DNA from: Eledone cirrhosa
Taxonomy: Eukaryota
DNA length: 64,000 bases
Direction: 5' to 3'
Assembly: GCA_964016885.1 (NCBI GenBank)
Contig: OZ024740.1
Span: forward strand, 132,556,001-132,620,000
A model generated the notes under the pieces. It saw only the letters and a list, made by a program, of their open reading frames with translations, did not search any database and had not been told where the DNA came from. Below are positions 43,620-56,100 of the stretch, piece by piece. Both the position numbers and the translations under genes were made by a program. How positions within the stretch are numbered: position 1 is the first letter of the stretch; every line of letters starts with the position of its first letter.

Positions 43620-44365
43620 GCTGGGTGCACAGGCATTAGGATGTGTGTTTTCCTGCCAGCGACATATGAAATATATCGATCTTCATCTGAGGAAACCGTT
43701 CTCATAATCAACAGCAAATGCGTGAAGGACATCTCGATTGCATGGTGAACCGTACAAATAATTATTATGATTAAACGCTATATGTAACCTCAGCATCTTA
43801 TTTTATTATTTTTATTTATATATATATACAAAATATACTTTAAATAAAAGACAAGACAACGAAACATATTTTGAATGGGAAAACTTAATTTATTTTAATA
43901 ATCATGCAAACGAATAACTCTGAAACCACGGACTTCAGACGTTGTCATAGACTTTCTACCCCTAAAGCACGAGGCCACAGTGTCTGAAACACGCAAAATA
44001 ATAACTTATGACAATAAAGCTATAATGTATACACATATAATTTTATGTGACAATGGTAGTAGGTATTGTGTTTTTTTATTGCAGAAAGGTCTTGTGAGAT
44101 TGAAACAAAGTAAAGCCAGAGAAAGAAAACAGAAATAGGTAGGAAGAATGATAAGTTATCGTGTTAAAGAATGCAAACAAAAGACACAGATTTCCAGGCT
44201 CTTCAGCAGTTGATATTTATACCCCCCACATACACACACACACACACACATATATATATATTTTCCAAGAGATGGCAACATGAATAGACCTGTTATTTTT
44301 ATCTAAAGACATGTTTTACAATTCCACCCCACCCATCCCTACAATCTATGTAATTTCTCATTCTT

Positions 44366-44402
44366 TCTTCTGGTGAAGGACTAGCGTCCGAAGCGTTAAG
44401 GC
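44366..44402 (+). ncRNA. Degenerate minimal hammerhead in a pLTR remnant
   Basis: tctt-CTGGTGA-aggac tagc gtcc-GAAGC-GTT-aagg. Two core substitutions. Confidence 0.4.
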
Positions 44403-44485
44403 GCTCTTCCTGCTATTTCAAGCATTAACCTAATACATTCCTTCCCTATACTGTACTGATTGTGTTGTTATTTCTGTTAACCTTT

Positions 44486-44530
<45 letters not shown>

Positions 44531-44536
<6 letters not shown>

Positions 44537-45230
44537 TATGAAGAGAGAAGAAACATTTAGATATAATTAGTAATAAAATGTATCATACCTAAACTGTTCC
44601 TAAATTCCTCGACTACGTAGTTTCGTGGCATAAACAAAAACAATATATCAAAGATATAGAGTCCTTGCGAGGTCTGCCGACTTATCAAGAGGATACCTCA
44701 TTTTACCTCATTTGAAGTGTGGGGACAACTGGAAAGCTTCCATTACTCATACTTCTCGCCTTCTTCACTACCTCTTCTGCGGCCTCGATATGAATACCCC
44801 CTCCGCCTCCGTGGTATTTTCTTCGTGGTTATAAGAGGCTTAGCTCTGTTTCTCGACCGTTATATCGCGTGACTATCTCCCCCTGCGCCTTTTGGGATTC
44901 TTTCTCACGTCGTGTAGACGCGTTCTTGAGACCAGTAAAATGAGGTATCCTCTTGATAAGTCGGCAGACCTCGCAAGGACTCTATATCTTTGATATATTG
45001 TTTTTGTTTATGCCACGAAACTACGTAGTCGAGGAATTTAGGAACAGTTTAGGTATGATACATTTTATTACTAATTATATCTAAATGTTTCTTCTCTCTT
45101 CATAATGTATTTTTAACTCTGATACTGGTTCAGTCTAGTTCAAACTGAATTGGTCTGTCCCAGTCATTCATTGAGCAACATCGGTGAAGTTGGCACCCTT
45201 AACTCACAGTTGGGTGCGGATGCATTCATG
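44531..45230 (+). mobile_element. Foldback element with 176-bp inverted arms (44531-44706 / 44935-45110) and U3-A8 hammerhead
   Basis: Arms appear identical. tcctc-TTGATAA-gtcggca...tgccac-GAAA-ctacgtag-TC-gagga at 44948-45035. Follows (TA)n. Confidence 0.85.
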
Positions 45231-45269
45231 TATATATGTGTGTGTCCGCATGTATCTGTGTGTTTCTAA

Positions 45270-45360
<91 letters not shown>

Positions 45361-46071
45361 AGAATGTATGTGTATGTATGTGTAAGGTTAAAATTAAGAA
45401 GAAATTGTTAAAAATTAAAAATTAAAGTCTTCATCAAAATTTAGCAATTAGATTTGAATTTACAAATTTTAATTTTAACTCTCATTTCTTAATTTGTATC
45501 AATTTCTGAAATTTAAACTTACATTTTTTAAAGTTCTGATTTCTCAGATTTTTCTTTATATGATATTCCCTCAAATTAACTACCGTCCATTCTATATTTT
45601 ATATAGACGTTTTATAGACCTTTACGCTTGACCCCAATATAACACTTTTCTCTATAACCCGATCTTCTTCACCCCTTACAACTCTTGCGGGTATATGAAT
45701 AGGATTAAATTATAGGGTAGTAGTAATCAGCGTACTAAGTATACAGCTCCTACCCATATACAAACCGACAAGACAAAATTGATGAGAATACCCAAAGGAT
45801 GCGGTCAGCCTAACTGTCGACAACTGGCCAATATGATCACCTTCAAGTCAAAAATATTTGTCACTCTGCTTTTTCACCTTATGGCGTATTGGAATGTTTT
45901 TACCGTTATTCATTTATTATATAACTATTAGGCAATATACAAAAGATGATGTCACCAGGATCCTACGCAACCTGGCCACAGAAATGTACATTCTGTTTGC
46001 AGTAATACAAATTTGAAGTATTTTCCCCCTTATATATACACACACACATACATACATATATATATATATAC

Positions 46072-46468
46072 ATATTAATAAGAGGAATTCCAACTTTGTC
46101 TGATTTACTCGTTTTATTTACAATCCTTTAAAATATATATAATGGTATTATAATGAAATAGTATGATAGAATATTAAATTCTAAGTGTTAATTGAACAAG
46201 TACTTTCATGCTTTCGCAATCTTCAGGTTCATGATATGTGGTGACAGTCGAGTTTGCAATTTTCAACTGACAGTTGAACATTGCAAACTCGACTGTCACC
46301 ACATATCATGAACCTGAAGATTGCGAAAGCATGAAAGTAATTGTTCAATTAACACTTAGAATTTAATATTCTATCATACTATTTCATTATAATACCATTA
46401 TATATATTTTAAAGGATTGTAAATAAAACGAGTAAATCAGACAAAGTTGGAATTCCTCTTATTAATAT
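46072..46468. repeat. ~400-bp near-perfect palindrome carrying a minimal hammerhead in each arm
   Basis: Centre at 46270, two mismatches seen. tgaac-CTGAAGA-ttgc gaaa gcat-GAAA-gta(a/c)-TT-gttca at 46309-46347(+) and 46193-46231(-). Confidence 0.9.
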
Positions 46469-46564
46469 AATCTTCTATACACAATCATACACACCCGTGT
46501 ATATTTACCTATCTATATCTATATATATATACATATATGTACATACATATATACATACATACAC

Positions 46565-46597
<33 letters not shown>

Positions 46598-46611
46598 AAT
46601 ATATATACAAA

Positions 46612-46790
46612 CGGGGTGGACTGAATGGTTTTAGGTGAATGACAATAAAAGAGGATAAATTAATTATGATGTTATTAAGACACACGCACGTATTGCAGCG
46701 GTCATTCAGTTTTGCTAAGCCCTGTAGAAATGTCTCGGAAGGTTGGGCCGCCAACCAGGGCTCTGTTGCAGCCAGGAACTTTTCAGCTGA
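46612..46790 (-). mobile_element. Mariner transposase C-terminus and right end
   Basis: WLAAQPSETFLQGLAKLNDRCNTCV resembles the mariner C-terminal W...FF..G...L..RW.KCV motif. Confidence 0.65.
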
Positions 46791-46794
46791 CCCT

Positions 46795-47043
46795 TATATA
46801 CAGATAAGGAAAAAAGATGAAATCGAAATGCAACTGGAGTCTTTTTTAAAAAGATTCATTTGTTTCCTTTACCGTTTTCGCAGTTCTAGTGCTTTTCAAA
46901 AGTAGAATTGAGATGGAGGATTTGTGGTTGCGAGAAAAACCACAAACCCTTGCATTTTCGATATCACCTTTTTTCCTTATACATTCACTAGTGTAGGACA
47001 TCTTGTTTTTTTTTCATTTTGTAAAAAAAACCTCACTTTCTAA
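46795..47043 (+). mobile_element. Foldback family A, copy 3 (deleted)
   Basis: Inverted arm plus tail ...cctcactttctaa(TA)n. Confidence 0.75.
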
Positions 47044-47218
47044 TATATATATATATATATATATATTCCATTGAGTTATTTTGAGCAGCTAATTGGAGAA
47101 CTGATGAGACCCCGGATGATGAAGCTGAGCCATTAAAATATGTATATGATTTCATGGAATTAAAGTTTATAACAGATCTCCTAGTACAGCCTGCGTTGTC
47201 GTTTAGATATATATATAC

Positions 47219-47264
<46 letters not shown>

Positions 47265-47274
47265 GATATTAATA

Positions 47275-47483
47275 AGAGAAAAACCACAGACCCTCCATCT
47301 CAACTCACCTTTTGAAAAGCAGAAGAACTGCGAAACCGGTAAAGGAACCAAATAAATATATATATTTTTTAAAAAAATAAGACTTCAGTTGCATTTTCGA
47401 TTTCATCTCTTTCTCTTTATACTTTCACTCGTGTAGGACACCTCGGTTATTTTTCATTTTGTAAAAAAAACCTCACTTTCTAA
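47275..47483 (+). mobile_element. Family A, copy 4 (sense arm only) with intact U3-A8 hammerhead at 47308-47345
   Basis: cctt-TTGAAAA-gcag aagaa ctgc-GAAA-ccgg-TA-aagg. Confidence 0.8.
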
Positions 47484-48098
47484 TATATATTTGTATATAT
47501 ATAAACATATATCGCGTGTATATCTGTGATATGCATTAATGTATGTACTCATATTCAAATCCAAAAACAACGTTTAAAACAATCATTTTGATTAAGATAT
47601 ATACACGCTTACTAGAAAACGCAACTTCACAATTTGAAACTTTGTGTATGTCAACACTTATGTATAAATGTGAACAGAATAAATCATACACAAACACCGA
47701 TTAAAATAGATACATAAATACACACTGTCGCGCACGCAAATAATATATATGTGTGCATCTGAAATATGGAAGATTTAATAGATATAACTATATATATTTA
47801 TACACTGTTTTCCTCTTTCTCCTTTTCTCTGTCTCGCTCTCTCTCTCTCTCTAAATGTGTGTGTGCGCGTGCTTATCTCTGTAAGTGTGTGTGTGCACCT
47901 AATAATTTAAATGGGAATTTATTATGAAATTGTCAAAGCACTTGAGAAATTTAGAGGCAAAAAAAACTGATTAAAATATCTAAATAAATGAAAATATACA
48001 TATAAATAAACATCAGTTTATTTTTCTTTAAAAAACGAAATCTTATCTTTAAGAACATTGGTTGAAATGAATCGGATTGACGGACGAAATGTATCTGA

Positions 48099-48131
<33 letters not shown>

Positions 48132-48202
48132 TATATATTCAGATACATATATATGTGTGTGTCTGTGTCTGTGCGCGCGTGTGTGTGTGTATTCATTTAT
48201 TC

Positions 48203-48236
<34 letters not shown>

Positions 48237-48537
48237 ACGTACGTGTGTATGTATGCAGCTTTGCCACTTTTTTCTTTCACTTTTCAAAGATACGTTCTTA
48301 ATTTTTATATTTTTTATTTCCCATCTCAAAAATGTTTTGTCTGAAAACTTGAAGAATCTCGCTAAGTAGTGAGAACGTGTGAGATGAGATAAAAAATAAT
48401 GAGAAAATAGAACTTATGTATACACACAAAAACTTCTCTACTCTCACATAGATATATATATCTACACATATGTATAAAACTTTGTATAAATGAATATATG
48501 AATATATATATGTATATACATACTTTATATATATATA

Positions 48538-48611
<74 letters not shown>

Positions 48612-49322
48612 AATATATATATAATTCTTTCATACATATAAAGTGCTACGTGTTTATCGATTTATTAAAATAGAGAAAACGTCTGTATATTAATATATAT
48701 ATATATACACATGTATGCATTTATGTATATATGTGTGTATATAATCAATATATATGTATCATTGGAACGACAAGAAGGATATACATACACCCACCATGCA
48801 TATACAGATATGTATACTTATATGCATTCATTCACCCCTACACCCGCACATGCATGCTCATACATATGGAGATAGGAAATCCCTGATGTTGTATAAGATC
48901 GATAAATGTACATAGCATTTGGAATGAAAATGGAATCTATTTGATAAAATAAAGTAAGAGAGAGTAAAAAGGGAGAGTATTAGTGTGTGTGTGGGGGGAG
49001 ATACATATGTGCAATAAAGTGCTGAATCTGTAAGAATTTTTAAGGAAATAGCTTGGATTTAGAAAATAAAATCTTTTAAAACTAAAATGTATAGACTTTG
49101 ATATTATTTTAACATATTCATTCATAATTTTATATTTGAATATTAAAAATGCCTATGTATATGCATATATGTTTCAGCATAATGATGTCAGGGGGAAATT
49201 GAATCAAATGAATAAGGTTCACTTTATTCTCAGTGGAAAATGACAAAACATAAATATTAAACCCGCAGGTATTCGGATAATATCATCATTATCTTAATAA
49301 CAGTATTCATTGGTGGATTGAC

Positions 49323-49500
49323 AGTATCGGTAGAGGGTCGGACGCTATGCTTTGACGTGTAGAGTTACGGCCCCTGCCAATCTGAGTTCAAATCCCGCGG
49401 AGGTTAACTTTGCCTTTCATCCTTACGGGGTCGATAAAATAAAGTACCAGTAATGCTTTGGGTAATTGCTGGCCGTGTGCCAAACGTAGAAACAATTATT
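49323..49500 (+). mobile_element. Deu/Nin-type SINE
   Basis: Same family as 15967. Confidence 0.85.
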
Positions 49501-49530
49501 CATTATAAGTCTGAATTCCTACATATGCCC

Positions 49531-49606
<76 letters not shown>

Positions 49607-49732
49607 GATGACCCCCGACGGCAGAGCTCTGCCGTCGGGGTCATACTTTTTCCTATTACCCACTCTACTACCCTAAGTATTGAGTACTCTTGTGCGTTAT
49701 GGTCCATCTGATTCCTTACCACAACTCCTTCG

Positions 49733-49765
<33 letters not shown>

Positions 49766-49768
<3 letters not shown>

Positions 49769-50478
49769 AGATTTGAATGGATACAGTTTAGTTGAAAGGA
49801 ATTTATTGACACGTGTTTCTATAACAGTTACATAACCTAAAACAGCTGCTATCTACAAACTTTTAGTTATGCAGACATTCAATATTTCAATGTCATTATT
49901 TACTGTCATTTCATCAGAATAATATTACTGAGGACCTATTTAGTTTTTATAGAGAATATTAGGAGGGAGGGGTGAAGTTGTTAGAAGAATAGTTGAAGGA
50001 GTGGTTTTTCGATAGCAGTGAGAATTCTTGGTGGCAGTGAGTAATTAGATTCCCATCTGTTGTTTTGACATTTTTTATAGAATATATTATTGGTTATTTT
50101 TCTAAATCTATAGAAGGATTAGAGATAGTAAAGATATGCGTGGTTGGTTTTGTGTTTGCACTTAATTAACATTCAGACTTAAATTTTTCTTTCAAGTGTA
50201 CGTACCCTTTCACCCACGCATTCACACACAAATATATTTGCACACCTCTACAAAATACATATACTCACAATTCACATATTCATACTTACATATATATACA
50301 CATGCATACACATATATATACACACATGTATTCATGTACATACATACGCGCTCATGTGTATACATTTTCATACTCAACTTATCTTTATATACACACGTAT
50401 ATACACACACATATATACATACATACTCTAGTCCATGTGTACACACATACACATACATACACATCCATATACACATAT

Positions 50479-50577
<99 letters not shown>

Positions 50578-52351
50578 CACTTTAATACATGAATACACTT
50601 ACATCTAACTATACACATCAAACATATATAAATATTTACTTATTTATATACATTTTCACATATATGTACATACTTATGGACGTTTTTAGACACATTCATT
50701 ATCGCATATTTGCACCTATTCTCATCACCATATCTTTCCATTATTAGTGTGGTAATTTAAGGTTATTAATATATGTTGAGAAGAGATTGTTTTTATATTT
50801 TTCTAACTAGATTAAGGTTTATATAGTTGGGGGATGTCCCTCTTTTATGTAATATTCGGCTTGTAGTGGGAAAAAAGGGTTTTAGTTCTGTGACGGCAGA
50901 ATAATGTTCGTTCAATTCTGTTATTCAGCAGTTTCTTCTTGTGTGTGATTATGTAATAAATCTCAAGATTACACAATTTGCAGAAATTTTGGCTCCTGGA
51001 AAAGCTTTGGGTTTTAGCTAATTTCTCCCATTTTAGGGTACACTTTTGATCGCTATCCCTGAGCGTCCAAGCTTTTTCTGCTAAAGTTGTTACATTTCTT
51101 TGGCTCTGGTGTTTTATTGAGTAAGAATGCCTATACAATCGAGATTTAAACGATGTTGCCGTTGATCCACGTAATAAGACTCGTTGCCTCCGGATTTAAT
51201 GGTACACTTATAAATAATATTTTTTTCCAGGCAGTTATTGCCGAGGGGGCAGTTGTCAGGATAGGTGCAGTTACAGTTGTGTACGTTGGGTTTTCTCTGG
51301 AGTAGTATTGCGGACGAACTTAGGTGTGGTTTATTTATGTTCTGTAGTGTATTGTCTACTGTTTTTTTTGTGTTCTTTGTACTTAAGTTCTTAGTGTTTT
51401 CGTTTAACCTTCTAGTATTGATCTTTTTTATGTGTTGTTCAAGGTTTAACGCTGTAGAGTATGACAGTCTTATAGTGGTAGGGTTTAGGATTTTGTGGTA
51501 TTTGTGTGATGTGGGAGAATGTCTTTTAATTATTTTAAAGAAGAGTACTGGTAAATTTGTACTAATGGAACTATTGTATTCGGGGTTATACCATAAGTAC
51601 TCTTTGCATCGCTTTCTATTAGTTTTGTTTGTTGGTTTACTGGTGTGCATACTATGGTAGTAAGTGTGGTTTGGTGTTGTGTTATTATATCTACCTATGT
51701 GGGATTTATTTTGGGTGTTTTGATTGTTCCCATCTATGTACTCTATTTTGTTGAGGTAGCCTGCTTTACTAAGGGCGTTATCGTAGTACTCGGCGTGTTC
51801 CTTAAATACTTGTATGTTAGAAGATAGACCCGAGATTCTAAGGGAAATATTTTTAGGGATAGATTTAATTATAGAGATGGGGTGGTTAGACCCAACATTT
51901 ACGTATTTGAGATTTTCATTCAATTTATGAAACGGTTTAATCAAACCAGAGTTTAAATTGAGTGTGACATCCAGGAAGTTAACTACTTTAAGGTTGTATT
52001 CATATGTTATAGTTAGTCCTATTTCGAGTAGTAGTTTTCTTATATCTTTGCGTAGTTTTTCTAGTTTTTGGTTATTAAGGTTTTTAGCTAGGAGGAGAAC
52101 ATCGTCGCGGTATATTCCGCCGTGGAGATTGCTGAATTTTTCCTGGAGTCTAAAGGCGATAAATAACCCCACAATATCAGTTATTTCCGCCGAATCGTTA
52201 GAGCCCATTGTTATGTCAAAGTTAGAGGGTCTATCTTTACGTACCCAATAACTGTTCTCAAATTTGGCTATAGTTTTCCTAGCTTCTAATATAATCTTAA
52301 TTTCATCGTTTGTAAGGTCAGAGTTATCCTTAGCAAACTTAATGGCTCTAT
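49766..52351 (-). mobile_element. Penelope-like element, 5'-truncated (RT 3' half + GIY-YIG + 3' UTR/pLTR)
   Basis: MGSNDSAE, IYRDDVL, VNFLDV, GSNHP, CNCTYPDNCPLGNNCL, CKLC...LN...CRH. Frameshift near 51165. Degenerate hammerhead at 49876-49922(-). Confidence 0.9.
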
Positions 52352-52696
52352 ATATCACCATAAATTAACGGATCCATAGACTCTCGCTATTCCCTGTCAA
52401 TAATTTGCTCAAAGGAAAAAAATCCTGAGCTCTTTAAAATACAATATGTTGACCTCAGACACCACTGGTTCATGCCTTCAACACGCTGTGTTATTGTGTG
52501 TCTACCCTGCATTTCATAGATTATAGATTCCATACACTGGTGGTTTTTCCCAGTTTTATTGATGGGGCATTATCTCTCTCTAGTGTGTTACCTTTTCAAC
52601 ATATTATATTTTAAAGAGATCAGGACTCCTTTAATTTGAGCACATTATTGACAGGGAATAGCGAGAGTCTATGGCTCCGTTAATTTATCGTGATAT
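52352..52696. repeat. Imperfect ~100-bp inverted repeat at the 5' junction of the PLE
   Basis: Arms at about 52352-52451 and 52596-52696. Confidence 0.8.
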
Positions 52697-53068
52697 TTCG
52701 CTCCTTATAACAGTCTTTCTTCTCTCTCTGTTTTGTTGACCACACTTCTCTGAATGGTTTTGGGCTGCCCTTTCTAGCAGCTCGTCCCTCAGACACCACT
52801 GGTTCACTGCCCTAAACACGCTGTGATATCTCTCTCCAACGTGTAGCTGGACGTTCGCTTTAAATTCTCTTAGAGTTGTCTGAAATGCCTTCCACACGTG
52901 GATGAACCATGGGCTATTCCATTTCAGCCAACAACTTCTTGGCGAAACAGATCTCTTTGGATTTGTCCGTATGTGTTATATAATTATAGAGGGACGTATA
53001 TACATTTTAATTTATATTTTTAATTATTGTGTGTCTACCCTGCCTTTCATAGGTTATAGATCCCTGTT

Positions 53069-53137
<69 letters not shown>

Positions 53138-53141
<4 letters not shown>

Positions 53142-56100
53142 TGAGTCCTTCATCAGTGACCCTCCAACCGTCCCAGGCATTTCATCGCTTTAAGGGCCAT
53201 ATACCTCAGGTTGGTGCGAACAACGGCTAAAAAAAGTCGTTGGGACACGTAAATAAAGAGAACGTTAGGGTGAACAAACAAAATGGTTTAGGCAACAGAA
53301 AGTGAGAAGAAAGAGACAAGTCCCAGATTTCTATGAATATATACTCGATAAAACCGTGAACTAGAGAATAAAGACAATCAGACCTGGTTGAAATGTGAGC
53401 AAGGAAGGAATTTCGCACAGGTCTAACGGGGGGGAATAAGAAGGGGTCTGGTCTGCGAATTCGGTAAACATAAGTTCTGTGAAGACGCAGACGAGAGAGA
53501 GAGAGAAAAAAAATTTCATACCGGCTTGGCCAAGAGTGCGCGAGAAAGGAAATCGGACAGGTCAAGCGGGAAGAAAGAGGAGAGGAGGAGAGGCAGTGAC
53601 AGGGTATGAGTGAGTGAAAGTTGAGGAAGAGGCTAACAGAGAGAGAGAGAGACTGCTAGAAAGGGTAAAGATACAAAGAACGAAACAGACGGGTGGCAGC
53701 AGAGGAAACAATATGTGTAAATATGATAATAATGGAGCTGCGGCGTTGCAAATGGGATACATATGAAAAAGTGAGTCCTTCATCAGTGACCCTCCAACCG
53801 TCCCAGGCATTTCATCGCTTTAAGGGCCATATACCTCAGGTTGGTGAGAACAACGGCTGAAAAAAGTCGTTGGGAAACGTAAATAAAGAGAACGTTAGGG
53901 TGAACAAACAAAATGGTTTAGGCAACAGAAAGTGAGAAGAAAGAGTCAAGTCCCAGATTTCTATGAATATAAACTCGATAAAACCGTGAACTAGAGAATA
54001 AAGACCATCAGACCTGGTTGAAATGTGAGCAAGGAAGGAATTTCGCACAGGTCTAACGGGGGGGGAAGAAGAAGGGGTCTGGTCTGCGAATTCGGTAAAC
54101 ATAAGTTCTGTGAAGACGCAGACGAGAGAGAGAGAGAGAAAAAAAATTTCATACCGGCTTGGCCAAGAGTGCGCGAGAAAGGAAATCGGACAGGTCAAGC
54201 GGGAAGAAAGAGGAGAGGAGGAGAGGCAGCGACAGGGTATGAGTGAGTGAAAGTTGAGGAAGAGACTAACAGAGAGAGAGAGTCTGCTAGAAAGGGTAAA
54301 GATACAAAGAACGAAACAGACGGGTGGCGGCAGAGGAAAAAATATGTGTAAATATGATAATAATGGAGCTGCGGCGTTGCAAATGGGATACATATGAAAA
54401 AGTGAGTCCTTCATCAGTGACCCTCCAACCGTCCCAGGCATTTCATCGCTTTAAGGGCCATATACCTCAGGTTGGTGCGAACAACGGCTAAAAAAAGTCG
54501 TTGGGACACATAAATAAAGAGAACGTTAGGGTGAACAAACAAAATGGTTTAGGCAACAGAAAGTGAGAAGAAAGAGACAAGTCCCAGATTTCTATGAATA
54601 TAAACTCGATAAAACCGTGAACTAGAGAATAAAGACCATCAGACCTGGTTGAAATGTGAGCAAGGAAGGAATTTCGCACAGGTCTAACGGGGGGGAATAA
54701 GAAGGGGTCTGGTCTGCGAATTCGGTAAACATAAGTTCTGTGAAGACGCAGACGAGAGAGAGAGAGAAAAAAAATTTCATACCGGCTTGGCCAAGAGTGC
54801 GCGAGAAAGGAAATCGGACAGGTCAAGCGGGAAGAAAGAGGAGAGGAGGAGAGGCAGTGACAGGGTATGAGTGAGTGAAAGTTGAGGAAGAGGCTAACAG
54901 AGAGAGAGAGACTGCTAGAAAGGGTAAAGATACAAAGAACGAAACAGACGGGTGGCAGCAGAGGAAACAATATGTGTAAATATGATAATAATGGAGCTGC
55001 GGCGTTGCAAATGGGATACATATGAAAAAGTGAGTCCTTCATCAGTGACCCTCCAACCGTCCCAGGCATTTCATCGCTTTAAGGGCCATATACCTCAGGT
55101 TGGTGAGAACAACGGCTGAAAAAAGTCGTTGGGAAACGTAAATAAAGAGAACGTTAGGGTGAACAAACAAAATGGATTAGGCAACAGAAAGTGAGAAGAA
55201 AGAGTCAAGTCCCAGATTTCTATGAATATAAACTCGATAAAACCGTGAACTAGAGAATAAAGACCATCAGACCTGGTTGAAATGTGAGCAAGGAAGGAAT
55301 TTCGCACAGGTCTAACGGGGGGTGGGGGAGAAGAAGGGGTCTGGTCTGCGAATTCGGTAAACATAAGTTCTGTGAAGACGCAGACGAGAGAGAGAGAGAG
55401 AAAAAAAATTTCATACCGGCTTGGCCAAGAGTGCGCGAGAAAGGAAATCGGACAGGTCAAGCGGGAAGAAAGAGGAGAGGAGGAGAGGCAGCGACAGGGT
55501 ATGAGTGAGTGAAAGTTGAGGAAGAGACTAACAGAGAGAGAGAGTCTGCTAGAAAGGGTAAAGATACAAAGAACGAAACAGACGGGTGGCGGCAGAGGAA
55601 AAAATATGTGTAAATATGATAATAATGGAGCTGCGGCGTTGCAAATGGGATACATATGAAAAAGTGAGTCCTTCATCAGTGACCCTCCAACCGTCCCAGG
55701 CATTTCATCGCTTTAAGGGCCATATACCTCAGGTTGGTGAGAACAACGGCTGAAAAAAGTCGTTGGGAAACGTAAATAAAGAGAACGTTAGGGTGAACAA
55801 ACAAAATGGTTTAGGCAACAGAAAGTGAGAAGAAAGAGTCAAGTCCCAGATTTCTATGAATATAAACTCGATAAAACCGTGAACTAGAGAATAAAGACCA
55901 TCAGACCTGGTTGAAATGTGAGCAAGGAAGGAATTTCGCACAGGTCTAACGGGGGGGGAAGAAGAAGGGGTCTGGTCTGCGAATTCGGTAAACATAAGTT
56001 CTGTGAAGACGCAGACGAGAGAGAGAGAGAGAGAAAAAAAATTTCATACCGGCTTGGCCAAGAGTGCGCGAGAAAGGAAATCGGACAGGTCAAGCGGGAA

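Noticed and set aside
47101-47150. CTGATGA box
   Set aside because: No stem II, GAAA box or stem I partner.
53165-53247. HDV-like double-pseudoknot pattern in the satellite (+): ccaacc/ggttgg, gtccca/tgggac, ggc/gcc, caacggct/agtcgttg
   Set aside because: There is no 5' G start of P1, L3 is too long, P3' and P1' are not adjacent, no J4/2 catalytic C strand is present, and type B monomers break P2.
53548-53566. ggaaatcggacaggtcaa resembles SRP RNA helix 8
   Set aside because: The match is short, with no Alu domain or flanking helices.
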